Below the pieces are notes generated by a model. That model saw nothing but the letters and a program-made list of their open reading frames with translations. It ran no database searches and was not told the origin of the DNA. Source: a virus (lineage: Duplodnaviria > Caudoviricetes). From it: 58,017 bases of DNA. The stretch lies in IMG/VR virus record IMGVR_UViG_3300045526_000297, positions 1 through 58,017 of that record; one strand, 5' to 3'. Positions 28,601-38,517 of the stretch are shown here, one piece after another. How positions within the stretch are numbered: the stretch's first letter is position 1; every line of letters begins with the position of its first letter. The translations under genes and the position numbers were made by a program.

Positions 28601-31186
28601 CTTAAGTATGGACAATTACCAACTGATCTGTATCCTCAACTTGATCGTGACAACTATAATTCAAATCCTCCGGCATCAAAAACATTTGCAAAAAGATCTC
28701 CCATCGGGGCTGTTGTTACAAACGATCTGAAGAAAAGTATTACAAGAGAAACCGCCGATCTTACATTAAAACACATCGGTATTGGACTTACAATTTCATC
28801 GGTTTCTTCCTCATCAACATCCGCAACTATTTCATTTTCAAGATTCCATGGTCTTGCCGGAATTGTTACGGGAACACTTACTGCAGGAGCAGCATACAAT
28901 ACCGGGAATTATCAAAATGTTAAACTTCTGAATGGATCTCAGACAGGAACCTGGAATGGAGCAACCGCAAGAGTTGTTATTTCTGGCGGAGGTAATGTCT
29001 CTGCAGAAATTGTATCTCCAGGATCTGGATACAGTGCCGGAGATTTATTTTTTGATCAATCTCAGATTGGTGCAGGGAATGGAAATGCAAGATATACTCT
29101 TACAACTGCAGGAATTTCAACCAATATTGGGGATGTTGTTCAAATTACCGGAGATGGAACTAAATCTGATCAATATTATAGAATTACTTCAATTCCATCT
29201 TCAACATCAATTTCAATCGCCAAAACATCGGGCGACCCAACAATCACAAATACTCAATATGTGTTTGTAACCGGATCGTCTTCAATAATTAGTGGAACTC
29301 CAAGTTATAATTCTTCTACCGGAACTTCTACATTTGTTACCTCTTCGGCACATGGACTGTTAGTTGGTAATAGTTTTAGAGTTATTGATTCAAGTAATAA
29401 CAATCTTGGCGACTATGTTGTAAAAACAAGAATTAGTACAACATCATTTACGGCAGTTACCAATAAATCACTCTCTGCGGCAAATGGATATATTCTAAAA
29501 CATGGTCTTTCATCTAATGAAGGAGTTTCTGATGCCGGAGAAGAAAACTTTGGATCTCGCAATGTTTCCTTCTATGACAATGAAACCTTTATTCTTAATT
29601 CTTCATTAACTTCAGGAACAACTATCAATTTCTCTTCTTCTGGAATTGGAACTGCCCAGAGGTTGCCACTCGGATCTTATATTCAAATTGATAATGAGAT
29701 CATGAGAGTTACGAGTAGTAATAATGTCACAACTGCATCTGTAATTCGCGGTGTTTTTGGAACCAATCAAGAAAATCATGATGCAAATTCCTTAATTCGT
29801 AAGATTAGTCCTATTCCAATTGAGTTCCGTAGACCATCAATCATTCGTGCATCCGGTCATACATTTGAATATCTTGGATATGGCCCAGGAAATTATTCTA
29901 CGGGACTACCACAAGTTCAGGTAAAAACTCTTAATGATCAGGAAAATTTCCTGGCAAACTCACAAGAGCGTTCTTGTGGTATTGTGGTTTATACCGGAAT
30001 GAATAATAATGGTGATTTTTATAGTGGAAATACAAAAACTTCATCTACAAGTGGTGAGGTAATTTCTTATGATATTCCAAGACCAACAGTAACCGGAGAA
30101 GATCCTAATAAACTCAGTGTTGTATTTGATGAAGTTACCATTAAGGAAAGACTCCTTGTTGAGGGTGGATCATCCGGTGCGGTTCTTTCACAGTTTGACG
30201 GGCCAGTTACTTTTAACAAAGAAGTAAGATTAAAGGGTCAATCAGTTTTTGGTGGAAAAGTAAGAATTACTAGCACCGCTTCAGATTCTTTAAATGTAAC
30301 GGGTGGATCTATTTTAAATGGTGAAGTTGTTTTAAACACAGGAATTGTTCCCGATTCTGATGAGGGTGCATATCTTGGAACGGCATCTAAACCATTCAGT
30401 GATGCTCACATTGGTGAGGTTAGAATTGCACAAACCGATGATAATACCATCGACACTGCCACTGGTAATTTAAACATAAGTGCCACAACAGGAAGTTCAG
30501 TCGCAATTCAAACAAATACAACAATCAGTGGCAATTTAGATCTTACAGGTTCCCCATCGGGTAGTGGTCGAATTAGTGCCAATTATCTTGATGTTCCGAA
30601 CGTAACACCTGTTGGAGGTATTGTAATGTGGCCTGGAGGATTAAACTCTTGGCCTACGGATAATTGGTCTTTATGCAATGGGCAGGCAATTTCTAGAACA
30701 GAATATTCAGAATTGTTTGCTTTGATCGGAACAACTTATGGTTCTGGTGATGGTGTGAATACATTTAATTTACCCGACTTAAGAGACAGATTTGCGATTG
30801 GATCAGGAAACCTTTATACAAGAGGTGATACCGGTGGATCCAAGGATGCCACGGTAGTTTCTCATACTCATACTGGATCTACAAATACTTCCGGTTCTCA
30901 TGAACATTTACTTGTAAATAGTGCAGATGTTACGGGAGAAGAAAGATTAACTTATATGGTCGATGCTTCAACTAGACCATATATTGCAAGAGGTGGCATA
31001 CCGCAAGATTCAAATGAAAATCACAGATATACTTTAAGAGGAATAAACAGTTCTCCAGATGTTGCACTAAGTTCAGTTAATGGATCACATACTCATAATG
31101 TAACAACAAATTCTACCGGAAGTTCTGCCGAAAATGCAAATCTGCCTCCATACCTTGGATTATATTATATCATAAGAATTGTTTGA
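25637..31186 (+). CDS. large virion structural/fibre protein with C-terminal tail-collar domain (1849 aa)
   Basis: MGLNKLDNF, PFKTIQRALLEAARFSY, SPYIFNCSLRS, SGHTFEYLGYGPGNYSTGLP; collar motif PVGGIVMW...LCNGQAISRTEYSELFALIGTTYGSGDG..TFNLPDLR and ANLPPY. Confidence 0.88.
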   Translation: MGLNKLDNFIKNTEGRILYVNPNDLDSTDSIENQGNSLASPFKTIQRALLEAARFSYLKGNNNDIVEKTTILLFPGEHLVDNRPGYAIYDNGGSAYAVSRSGGAGVLASSVLSLGFDSVFDLTQEDNILYKFNSFYGGVVVPRGTSIVGLDLRKTKIRPKYVPNPTDPAVNKSAIFRITGACYFWQFSIFDADGSSLVYTNPDNFSSIYQSTPNFSHHKLTCFEFCDGVNTIGSYGLTDLDMYYSKVSNAYNAYREIDQKFPSSPGGFAKRNPEWEIVGAFASDPISISNIISGNGSVASSVITVTTSENHGLNVGTPIKIKGVSGSGIVFPYNISTTVQNVINATTFTYLLPSFNSYPTLNANPSSAGATVTVETDTVSGASPYIFNCSLRSVWGMNGLHADGSKASGFRSTVVAQFTAVSLQKDDRAFVKYNKSSRTYESVNYSTVYGSSLPDGASQTNSEKVYHLDPNAIYRKGWESSHIKLSNDAFIQIVSVFAIGFNKHFDAESGGDASITNSNSNFGQISLNSSGFKKEAFEKDDRAFITSIIPPRSIVQEEENIEWLSLDVGLTTSVGISSHLYLYGFNSVNSVPSSLTQGYRIGAKLNDKLFTTIGGTERESSIYMCDNIISTTGLTTALGTTSSVKSYDVSSGPSSNSFTIGANNLITGEKVLIISDDGDLPENINEHEVYYVINNGDNNTIKLASSFTNATQSEAITVYGGTNLHILSRVSDKNSGELGSPIQFDAQNNNWFIHVNSNNQIYNTLLSGGVSTYGETTDLAYVKRVSDERSLDEKIYKFRVVIPKETVNAKDPEVGFVIQESSTTGLRNNSDFTKTSITSSDYGYLRNPRFISTCTQSSGTVTVFSDLPHNLQIGNIVNIKNVTSTTNTSGTFNLGYNGTFEVSSIVDAHTFQYSTTDVNGIQHNTGTFTNDVFTRNTNLPRFERNDLKANLFIYRNEVISPYIEGQQDGIYHLYVLNSGNAITNEFTDLKYGQLPTDLYPQLDRDNYNSNPPASKTFAKRSPIGAVVTNDLKKSITRETADLTLKHIGIGLTISSVSSSSTSATISFSRFHGLAGIVTGTLTAGAAYNTGNYQNVKLLNGSQTGTWNGATARVVISGGGNVSAEIVSPGSGYSAGDLFFDQSQIGAGNGNARYTLTTAGISTNIGDVVQITGDGTKSDQYYRITSIPSSTSISIAKTSGDPTITNTQYVFVTGSSSIISGTPSYNSSTGTSTFVTSSAHGLLVGNSFRVIDSSNNNLGDYVVKTRISTTSFTAVTNKSLSAANGYILKHGLSSNEGVSDAGEENFGSRNVSFYDNETFILNSSLTSGTTINFSSSGIGTAQRLPLGSYIQIDNEIMRVTSSNNVTTASVIRGVFGTNQENHDANSLIRKISPIPIEFRRPSIIRASGHTFEYLGYGPGNYSTGLPQVQVKTLNDQENFLANSQERSCGIVVYTGMNNNGDFYSGNTKTSSTSGEVISYDIPRPTVTGEDPNKLSVVFDEVTIKERLLVEGGSSGAVLSQFDGPVTFNKEVRLKGQSVFGGKVRITSTASDSLNVTGGSILNGEVVLNTGIVPDSDEGAYLGTASKPFSDAHIGEVRIAQTDDNTIDTATGNLNISATTGSSVAIQTNTTISGNLDLTGSPSGSGRISANYLDVPNVTPVGGIVMWPGGLNSWPTDNWSLCNGQAISRTEYSELFALIGTTYGSGDGVNTFNLPDLRDRFAIGSGNLYTRGDTGGSKDATVVSHTHTGSTNTSGSHEHLLVNSADVTGEERLTYMVDASTRPYIARGGIPQDSNENHRYTLRGINSSPDVALSSVNGSHTHNVTTNSTGSSAENANLPPYLGLYYIIRIV

Positions 31187-31214
31187 TCATAATAAATAGT
31201 TAAAAACCGTAAAG

Positions 31215-32792
31215 ATGGCAAATTATAGAAAGTCATTTAATCTTAGGAATGGTGTTCAAGTTGATGATGATAATTTTGTTGTAAATGCAAATGGTCTTGT
31301 TGGAATTGGAACATCAGTACCGACTGAATTTTTAGATGTTCGTGGAAATGCTAAGATAGTTGGACATACAACATCTAATACACTTTATGCCGGTATTGCA
31401 ACTATTGGAAATTTAAGAATAAATCAGGGAATAAATGCCTCCGGAGTTATAACCGCATCATCCTTTTCTGGAAGTGCATCAGGATTAACTGGAATTTATG
31501 CAATTGCAGTGGATGGATGGATTGTAAATAGTTCTAATTCTTCTATCACAACTTCATTTAAAGTTGGAATAGGAACAACAAATCCACAATATTCTTTACA
31601 AATAGGACAAAATCCTTTTGGTGGAAATGGAATTTCCTTAGAAACTTCGGGAAATATTAGAACCACTGGTATTATAACTGCTTCATCTTTTAATGGATCT
31701 GTAAATGGATCAAATATAACAAGTACAATTAATAATTCTGTATTACCCTCAAATATAAGTGTTGGAATTGTAACTGCATCTTCTGGATTTTATGGAAGTT
31801 TAATTGGAACTGCATCTACTGCTAATTCTATCACAAATACCGCAAATATTCAAGTTATATCGATTAATAGTGGATTTTCAACATCCGGAATTTCAACGAT
31901 TCATACAACACTTCATGTTTTAGGAAATATTGGTGTTGGGACATTAAATCCAAATGCACAGATTCATCTTCGTAAATCTGGAATATCATCAATTCAATTG
32001 ACAAGTGATGGATCTAATTCATCGATTATAACATTTGGTAGAAGTGTAACCTTAAGTTCAAATAATGCCCAATTAAGATTTGGAAATACCAGTGGAACGT
32101 TCCCAGATAGTACGCAACAATCTTTCGATGTTATTAACTATGATACCGGCAATTTAAACTTTTATCTAAATCCAGGTGGAGCGGGAACAGGATCATTTAA
32201 TTGGTTTAAACCAAATCTGACTAAATCAATGGTTCTGACTAGTTCGGGAAATCTTGGAATTAATTCAGATTCGCCAACAAGTAGATTGTCCATTATTGGA
32301 AATGCAAATATTGTTGGAATTGTAACTGCTTCTTCATTTTCGGGTAGTGGTATTGTTCCCATTGGTGGAATTATTATGTGGTCTGGAAGTATTGCAACTA
32401 TTCCATCCGGATGGTCTTTATGTAATGGTAGCAATGGAACTCCAGACCTGAGAGATAAATTTGTCATTGGATCTTCCATAGACGTTTCGGGAATAACAAG
32501 TACCACAGTTACCGGAACAGGAACAAAAACGGGTGGAAACAAAGATTTAGTTGTTCCATATCACAATCATAACCTTGATGATCCTGGTCATACACATACA
32601 TTCACAGCAACTCTTCGTGATGGAACTGCTCAATCTGGTAGTGGAGTAGAAGAAGTTACCGAAAATCAAACTCTTACAACAAATTCACAAGTTACTGGGA
32701 TTACCATTGATCCTGCCGGAACAAGTGGTAATGAAGTTAATGCAAATTTACCACCGTATTATGCACTTGCTTTTATTATGAGAATTTCATAA
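31215..32792 (+). CDS. tail fibre protein with tail-collar domain
   Basis: VGIGT motifs; PIGGIIMWSGS...PSGWSLCNGSNGTPDLRDKF; ANLPPYYALAFIMR; upstream ATAAATA. Confidence 0.85.
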   Translation: MANYRKSFNLRNGVQVDDDNFVVNANGLVGIGTSVPTEFLDVRGNAKIVGHTTSNTLYAGIATIGNLRINQGINASGVITASSFSGSASGLTGIYAIAVDGWIVNSSNSSITTSFKVGIGTTNPQYSLQIGQNPFGGNGISLETSGNIRTTGIITASSFNGSVNGSNITSTINNSVLPSNISVGIVTASSGFYGSLIGTASTANSITNTANIQVISINSGFSTSGISTIHTTLHVLGNIGVGTLNPNAQIHLRKSGISSIQLTSDGSNSSIITFGRSVTLSSNNAQLRFGNTSGTFPDSTQQSFDVINYDTGNLNFYLNPGGAGTGSFNWFKPNLTKSMVLTSSGNLGINSDSPTSRLSIIGNANIVGIVTASSFSGSGIVPIGGIIMWSGSIATIPSGWSLCNGSNGTPDLRDKFVIGSSIDVSGITSTTVTGTGTKTGGNKDLVVPYHNHNLDDPGHTHTFTATLRDGTAQSGSGVEEVTENQTLTTNSQVTGITIDPAGTSGNEVNANLPPYYALAFIMRIS

Positions 32793-32797
32793 TAGCC

Positions 32798-32826
32798 TTG
32801 ACACAATGCTCAAATATCGCTAGACT
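32798..32826 (+). promoter_or_regulatory. sigma70-type promoter at the late/early boundary
   Basis: TTGACA (32798-32803), 17-bp spacer, TAGACT (32821-32826). Confidence 0.6.
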
Positions 32827-32867
32827 ACCTTTGTCTGGTTTGGAGATGAGAATTTAGCTTCCTTTAA

Positions 32868-32930
32868 GCCAGTTTAAGAACTGTCACACTAGGATCCACA
32901 GGGATCCTTTTTTATTGCTATAATATTCAA
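32868..32930 (+). promoter_or_regulatory. early promoter/stem-loop repeat, copy 1
   Basis: GCCAGTTTAAGAACTGTCACA, AGGATCC/GGATCCT hairpin, TATAAT (32919). Confidence 0.75.
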
Positions 32931-32937
32931 ATACATC

Positions 32938-34176
32938 ATGAGACCTATGATTCATCTCCGTCCTCATCAGGAACATGCTCTTAAGATGATGTCCAACTAT
33001 TCCAAGGGAATTATCTGTGCCGTAACTGGTGCAGGTAAGACTTTGATTGGAATTTTTGATACCGTTCGTCAGTTTGAAAATCATGTCGATCAAACTGTTG
33101 TTGTGGTTGCTCCTCGTCTGATGTTGGCGAATCAATTGTCTTCCGAATATTTGGAATTCATTACGAATGCCTCTGTATTTCATTGCCACAGTGGCGATAC
33201 CGTTCATGAGTCTTCGACAAATCCAAATAAGATTCGTAAGTGGGTTGAGAACACTTCTGGACATAAACTAATTTTTACAACATATCATTCTCTTCATCGT
33301 TTGGTTGAATCTGAAATCAAGATTCATACCGTTCATATGGATGAGGCGCACAATTCAGTTCGTAAGGACTTTTTTCCACATGTTCAGAAACTCTCCGAAC
33401 AGTCTGATCGCTTTTATTCCTATACCGCAACTCCAAAGTATTCCGTACAATTTAACAAACCAGGAATGAATTGGAGTGAAGTATATGGACAGATGATTGT
33501 CAATATTTCTGCTCCAGAAATGATTTCTGGTGGATTTATTGTTCCTCCTTCTGTTCAAGCACAAAAAATTAATGCCACCAGAGATAAAGAATTTTCTTCA
33601 GAGCGTGATTGCATGACTCTTCTGGATACTATTTTGAATGAGGACAACATGGAAAAGGTTCTTGTTGCGGCACCGAATACTAAAGTATTGATTCGGATGC
33701 TTGCCGAAACTGATTTCCTGACCGAGGTTCAATCTCATGGTTATGAGGTTTTGTGGGTGACGGCAAAGTATGGTGCATTCATTAACAATCAAAAAGTTAC
33801 CAGAGAGGTATTTTTCAATACTCTAAAATCTTATGGTAAAGATCCTTCAAAAAAGTTTATCATTCTTCATTACAGCATTCTTTCAGAAGGAATTGATTGT
33901 CCCGGATTGACCTCCTGCATCCTCATGAGGAACCTTGACTACATCGCAATGGCACAGACCATCGGGCGTGTTATTCGACTGCACCCAGACGATTCTAGGC
34001 GCCTCTCAGAGGGCACTCTGGTTCCTGGCAAAACCGAAGAATATGTAAAGTCCTTTGGATTTGTGCATGTTCCTGTTTATGATAACACCGGGATTGCAAC
34101 TGTGAGGCGACTCGAAAGTGTTGCCGAAACCATTTTTGTAAAAGGTCAACCTGTTATTTCTACGATTCAAAAGTGA
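32938..34176 (+). CDS. superfamily 2 DEAH-box helicase (type III restriction Res-like)
   Basis: LRPHQ (Q motif), TGAGKT (Walker A), VVVAPR, MDEAH, YTATPK, ILSEGIDCP, QTIGRVIR. Confidence 0.92.
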   Translation: MRPMIHLRPHQEHALKMMSNYSKGIICAVTGAGKTLIGIFDTVRQFENHVDQTVVVVAPRLMLANQLSSEYLEFITNASVFHCHSGDTVHESSTNPNKIRKWVENTSGHKLIFTTYHSLHRLVESEIKIHTVHMDEAHNSVRKDFFPHVQKLSEQSDRFYSYTATPKYSVQFNKPGMNWSEVYGQMIVNISAPEMISGGFIVPPSVQAQKINATRDKEFSSERDCMTLLDTILNEDNMEKVLVAAPNTKVLIRMLAETDFLTEVQSHGYEVLWVTAKYGAFINNQKVTREVFFNTLKSYGKDPSKKFIILHYSILSEGIDCPGLTSCILMRNLDYIAMAQTIGRVIRLHPDDSRRLSEGTLVPGKTEEYVKSFGFVHVPVYDNTGIATVRRLESVAETIFVKGQPVISTIQK

Positions 34177-34186
34177 GGTTTTAATT

Positions 34187-34324
34187 ATGAAACATCGTGT
34201 AACTTGCATGGTTAGTGGTAAAATGTTCTATGTGGAATGTTATGCACGCGATCGTCAGGAGGCGATTCATGTGGTTCGTTCTCAATATCCAAATGCCAGA
34301 ATAATGTCATCTACAATTGTATAG
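34187..34324 (+). CDS. small conserved-type hypothetical protein (45 aa)
   Basis: GAGG RBS; MKHRVTCMVSGKMFYVECYARDRQEAIHVVRSQYPNARIMSSTIV. Confidence 0.7.
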   Translation: MKHRVTCMVSGKMFYVECYARDRQEAIHVVRSQYPNARIMSSTIV

Positions 34325-34326
34325 TC

Positions 34327-35946
34327 ATGAACATTCAAAATGAAACTCTTCTCAATCCTAAACCAGGAAATCCAAATGGTTATATAAGTAAAAATATGGA
34401 ATGGGCTGCCGTTCCATGTGGTAAAAAGTTTATTATTCTTCATTCTGGATGTCAGGTAGAAATCTGTAAAAATTATAAGGATGCAAAATCCTATATTGAT
34501 GGACAAATTAAAAATTCCAAAAAGAAATCATCAATTACTCTTGATCAATTTTTATGATTACGTTTTCTCAAACTTCGAATGAACCCTATGATCGTCATGA
34601 CTATGAAATTGTTTTAAAAACCGGAAAAACCGTAACCTATGATAATTGGGAGCAAACTTTGGAATATTGGTTTGTACACTGCCAAATTCCGGACTTTTTG
34701 GATCATGTAATGATTAAAGATAAAAAGAAAGTAAAGAGTAAAGGTTTTGGTAAATAAATATCAGAAACCTGCAAGAGTCCAATGGGAACTCTGTTACTTA
34801 CAACAGTATTAACATGTAATCAACTTTTATTGATTGCAAAAAGAGTAATCAATACTGAAATGTTAAATTCCAAACAAAAAACAGAGATTATGCAGGAGTT
34901 TCAAAAAGCAATACCTTCTTGTCCTTTAATTATCAAACCTAATGACCCAAAAAGAACTTCAGGCACTTGATTTAATGCTGGAGGATTTACAAACACAACA
35001 TCCAGAAATTCGTACAACGGCAAAACGATTAAATTGTGAAAAAGAACTTGAACAACTGAAAGTTAATATTATTGAATATCTTTATGACCTAAAAGCATTT
35101 CATAATCCATGAACTCAAATTACATATATTTTATTATATTTTTCTGTATTGCATATTTGATACTTACTGATCAATCGGCAGCAAGAGGGTTTTATATGCT
35201 CACACAACTTGCAAGAGTGCAATACGAAAAAACAAAGTGGTGGATTTTGCATAATCCCGCAAATCCTCTTGTAAAATATTTGATGTGGAGACGAGCATAT
35301 AAACTTTCTGAAGAATTGCAAAAAGAACTTGCAAATAAATCAAAAGACGTATAAAATAGTATGTGTGATTGAGGATTCAATTATGTCTAGAACCTATCGC
35401 AACATTGATTACATTGGTAAGAGTGCTCTTCGCCATCCTAAAACATCAAACGAACGAAAGCATCTGATTGGAATTCTTCAGGATAGTTATGTAGAGGACT
35501 ATCAAATCTCTGGTCTAAATCATATGCATCACCGTCTTTCCAAGTGTCCGACTGCAAACTACGATAAAGTTGTAAGTGGTTACTATCAGGAAGATTATAA
35601 AATCGCATAACTAAATACACTATATCTGGATATTCATATGCTTTCATCAAACTATCGTGTTCGTTTAGAAAATATTTGTGAGAAAATCGTAAAGGGTGAA
35701 ACTGTAGAACTAAACGACATCATTTGGGCGGAAAAACTATCCCAACATAATCGTTCTGCGGCATCAATTTTACGTCAGGCACGAAGAAAATCACTAAACC
35801 CAGATATGACAGAAGATAGTTTGGATGGATTTCTAAATGCTCTTGACCTGGGAGACCCAGACCCCAGCAATCATCGTAGTCGTTTTAATGGTGCAGATGA
35901 CATTGCAGATTTCTTCCGTAATGATGATGAAATGAGAAGAGATTAA
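34327..35946 (+). other. run of small hypothetical CDSs (34327-34557, 34554-34757, 34782-34970, 35109-35354, 35383-35610, 35638-35946)
   Basis: Co-oriented, tightly packed ORFs; late motifs at ~34751 and ~35611; TTGCAA-17-TAAAAT at 35329-35357. Confidence 0.7.
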
Positions 35947-36010
35947 ACCATTTTCCAAACTGTCACACGGCACCTTGACTTTGTAGTTGAGGTGCTTTAT
36001 AGTATGAGCA
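35947..36010 (+). promoter_or_regulatory. early promoter/stem-loop repeat, copy 2
   Basis: ACCATTTTCCAAACTGTCACA; hairpin GCACCTTGACT/AGTTGAGGTGC covering TTGACT-17-TATAGT. Confidence 0.75.
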
Positions 36011-36025
36011 TACAAATCAAGAACA

Positions 36026-36637
36026 ATGTACAAAGCAACTCTGAAAGTTCATTTTGATACTGAATGGACTCCTACTTATGGAGGTTCTGGAGTCTATGAT
36101 GATGAAATGCTCCCAGAGGAGCATTATACCTTTGAGATTCCTACGCACGACATCAATACCATTCAACTGTTCCGTTTCTTTGGAACTGTTGCCCGCACGA
36201 TGGGACATGATGAGGTTGGTATTATGAAAGGTGCCTGTTCTCTTGCCTTCAACGATATGCGTAGTGAAGAAGATATGCGTAAGGTTGCTGATGAGTATGA
36301 CCTCAAACTTTCCGAAGATTATCGTGATGAAGTCTGTAAGTTGGAAGCAGAGGTTCGTAACCTGAAAGCAAAACTCTCCCGTTATCAGCAACCCGATAAT
36401 CCTAATTATACAGATGAAGAAATAGAAGCAATGACTGCTGAAAATGAAGTCACTGCAGACACTCTCAAGAACGCACAAGTGATTTGTTTTGATTGTGGAA
36501 AGAAGTATGGCGAATATCATAATGGAGTGTCGTCAGTGTGGGAAGGAAAATGTAATGTTTGTGGAGAGACCAAAGGAATTACAGAGGTGAGAGATTTTAA
36601 ATATCTTATGAAGGGTATTAAGGAGTTGAGTGAATGA
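36026..36637 (+). CDS. hypothetical protein with coiled coil and C-terminal CxxC..CxxC zinc ribbon
   Basis: CFDCG...CNVCG; first gene after the promoter repeat. Confidence 0.7.
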   Translation: MYKATLKVHFDTEWTPTYGGSGVYDDEMLPEEHYTFEIPTHDINTIQLFRFFGTVARTMGHDEVGIMKGACSLAFNDMRSEEDMRKVADEYDLKLSEDYRDEVCKLEAEVRNLKAKLSRYQQPDNPNYTDEEIEAMTAENEVTADTLKNAQVICFDCGKKYGEYHNGVSSVWEGKCNVCGETKGITEVRDFKYLMKGIKELSE

Positions 36638-37557
36638 CGGAAAGAGCACAAGAGTTTATGAATTCAGTATGGGAACACCGAAATAATGGTGCTGATACTG
36701 AAGAGAAGTTAGTTGCTGTAATTCTTCGTCTTGCTGCGGAGAATGTAAGGTCTTATACTGCACAGAATGATTTGATTGTACTTGATAAAAATGATATGCT
36801 ACAACTTGCGGAGGAACTAAACCAATGAAACTACTTAAATTTGGCGTAAGAGACGACTATGGTAAAGAATTTTACTTAGCACTCTTTATTACAAAACGTT
36901 ATTCACTTCTTCAAGTTGAATTTGATATTGGCGAATATAGTTCTTGGTTTGAGTCTCCTTATCTGCAAATCTCTATGGGACAAGGTAGGTTATTCTCATT
37001 TCTCTTCACTATTAGTAAGGTGGGATTTAGTTTTGATGTTGCTAGTAGAAACTGGCGTAATGAACTGTTTTATGACTCCGGAAGTAAAGTAGCATAATGA
37101 ATAAAAATTATATACCTGACGACGATACAATTGAAGAAATGATTGGTGAGAAACTTACTGATGAGAAAAAGAAAGAACTTGAAAGAATGCGATTAGCAAA
37201 TAAAACCTTTGAAGAACTCACCAAAGATGAAAAGATACAACTTGCATTAGAAGAACTTGCGGCAATTGTAATGGGAGGTCAAGACGGAGAGGAATACTAT
37301 AATTCAATCAAGTTTATCAAAGATGTATTAGAGAGTTTTCGATGACTACCCGAGCACAAACAATCTGGAAAGCATTTTGTGGAGAACTTACACAAGAACC
37401 CACAGATGATATGCGTGAAGCACTTGCGACTGCTTTGCGTGAGGTAATCAATCTATCTAACGAATGGATTGAGTTTGGTGGAGATAGTTGGGATACTAGA
37501 AATGTAGTCTATGTTAGTGATATGCTGGAGATTGCTGATGAACTGGAGACACTCTGA
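36634..37557 (+). other. four small hypothetical CDSs (36634-36828, 36825-37097, 37097-37345, 37342-37557)
   Basis: ATGA/TAATG-coupled ORFs; two belong to an 'MT.RAQ...A.EL' paralog family. Confidence 0.7.
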
Positions 37558-38447
37558 TGCCTAAAATTCAGAAACCACTTCTTGCAGGAAACTTTGATCC
37601 CACAAAGGCAAAGTTTCCTTATATTGCAAGTCCAAAAATTGATGGAATTCGTTTTCTAATGATTGATGGGGTAGCAGTATCAAGAACCTTCAAACCAATT
37701 CGCAACAAACACATTCAATCTCTTCTTTCACAGTATCTCCCTGATGGTGTGGACGGTGAACTTACCTCTGGAGATACTTTCCAATCATCCACTTCTGCTG
37801 TGATGACGATTGAAGGAGAACCAGAGTTTAAGGTATGGATTTTTGATTATGTAAATCCAGAATGGACTGAAATCTTTCCTTTTAAGTATAGACTGACTTT
37901 TTTATCTCACGAACTCATTAATTATAACTTTGAGACACCATTTCAAGTTAGATTTCTTGGTGGAAATATACTCCATAATATGGATGATTTGTTGAAATAT
38001 GAGACTTATTGTTTGAATGAAGGTTTTGAGGGTGTAATGCTCCGTGATCCAAATGGAACCTATAAGTTCGGTCGTTCTACCGTGAATGATAACATTCTTC
38101 TCAAGGTGAAAAGGTTTGAGGATGATGAGGCAGAACTGATTGCGATTGAAGAAAAGATGAGTAATCAAAATGTTGCAGAGAAAGATGCTTTTGGTTATGT
38201 AAAACGATCTGCTTCTTTGGATGGTATGGTTCCGATGAATACTGCTGGAACTTTGATTGTGAGAAATAAGGATGGGTTAGAGTTTGGTATTGGTAGTGGA
38301 TTGGATGATAAGACACGGGAAGAACTGTGGAACAATAAAGAAAAATATATTGGCAAGTTAGTTAAATACAAATACTTTCCTCAAGGTGTAAAAGAACTAC
38401 CAAGACATCCAGTATTTCTTGGATTTCGTGATGAGGAGGACACTTGA
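37557..38447 (+). CDS. minimal ATP-dependent DNA ligase (296 aa)
   Basis: Motif I SPKIDGIR, motif III DGEL, IIIa FDYV, IV EGVMLR, V LLKVKRFEDDEA, VI PRHPVFLGFR. Confidence 0.93.
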   Translation: MPKIQKPLLAGNFDPTKAKFPYIASPKIDGIRFLMIDGVAVSRTFKPIRNKHIQSLLSQYLPDGVDGELTSGDTFQSSTSAVMTIEGEPEFKVWIFDYVNPEWTEIFPFKYRLTFLSHELINYNFETPFQVRFLGGNILHNMDDLLKYETYCLNEGFEGVMLRDPNGTYKFGRSTVNDNILLKVKRFEDDEAELIAIEEKMSNQNVAEKDAFGYVKRSASLDGMVPMNTAGTLIVRNKDGLEFGIGSGLDDKTREELWNNKEKYIGKLVKYKYFPQGVKELPRHPVFLGFRDEEDT

Positions 38448-38510
38448 ATAACTGGTACACCACTTCCCACAAGGAGGTGGTTTTGCCTTATAATACTCTC
38501 ATACACACAA
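38438..38510 (+). promoter_or_regulatory. early promoter/stem-loop repeat, copy 3
   Basis: GGACACTTGAATAACTGGTACA, ACCACTTCC/GGAGGTGGT hairpin, TATAAT (38489), then ACTCTCATACAC. Confidence 0.85.
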
Positions 38511-38517
38511 ACGACTG

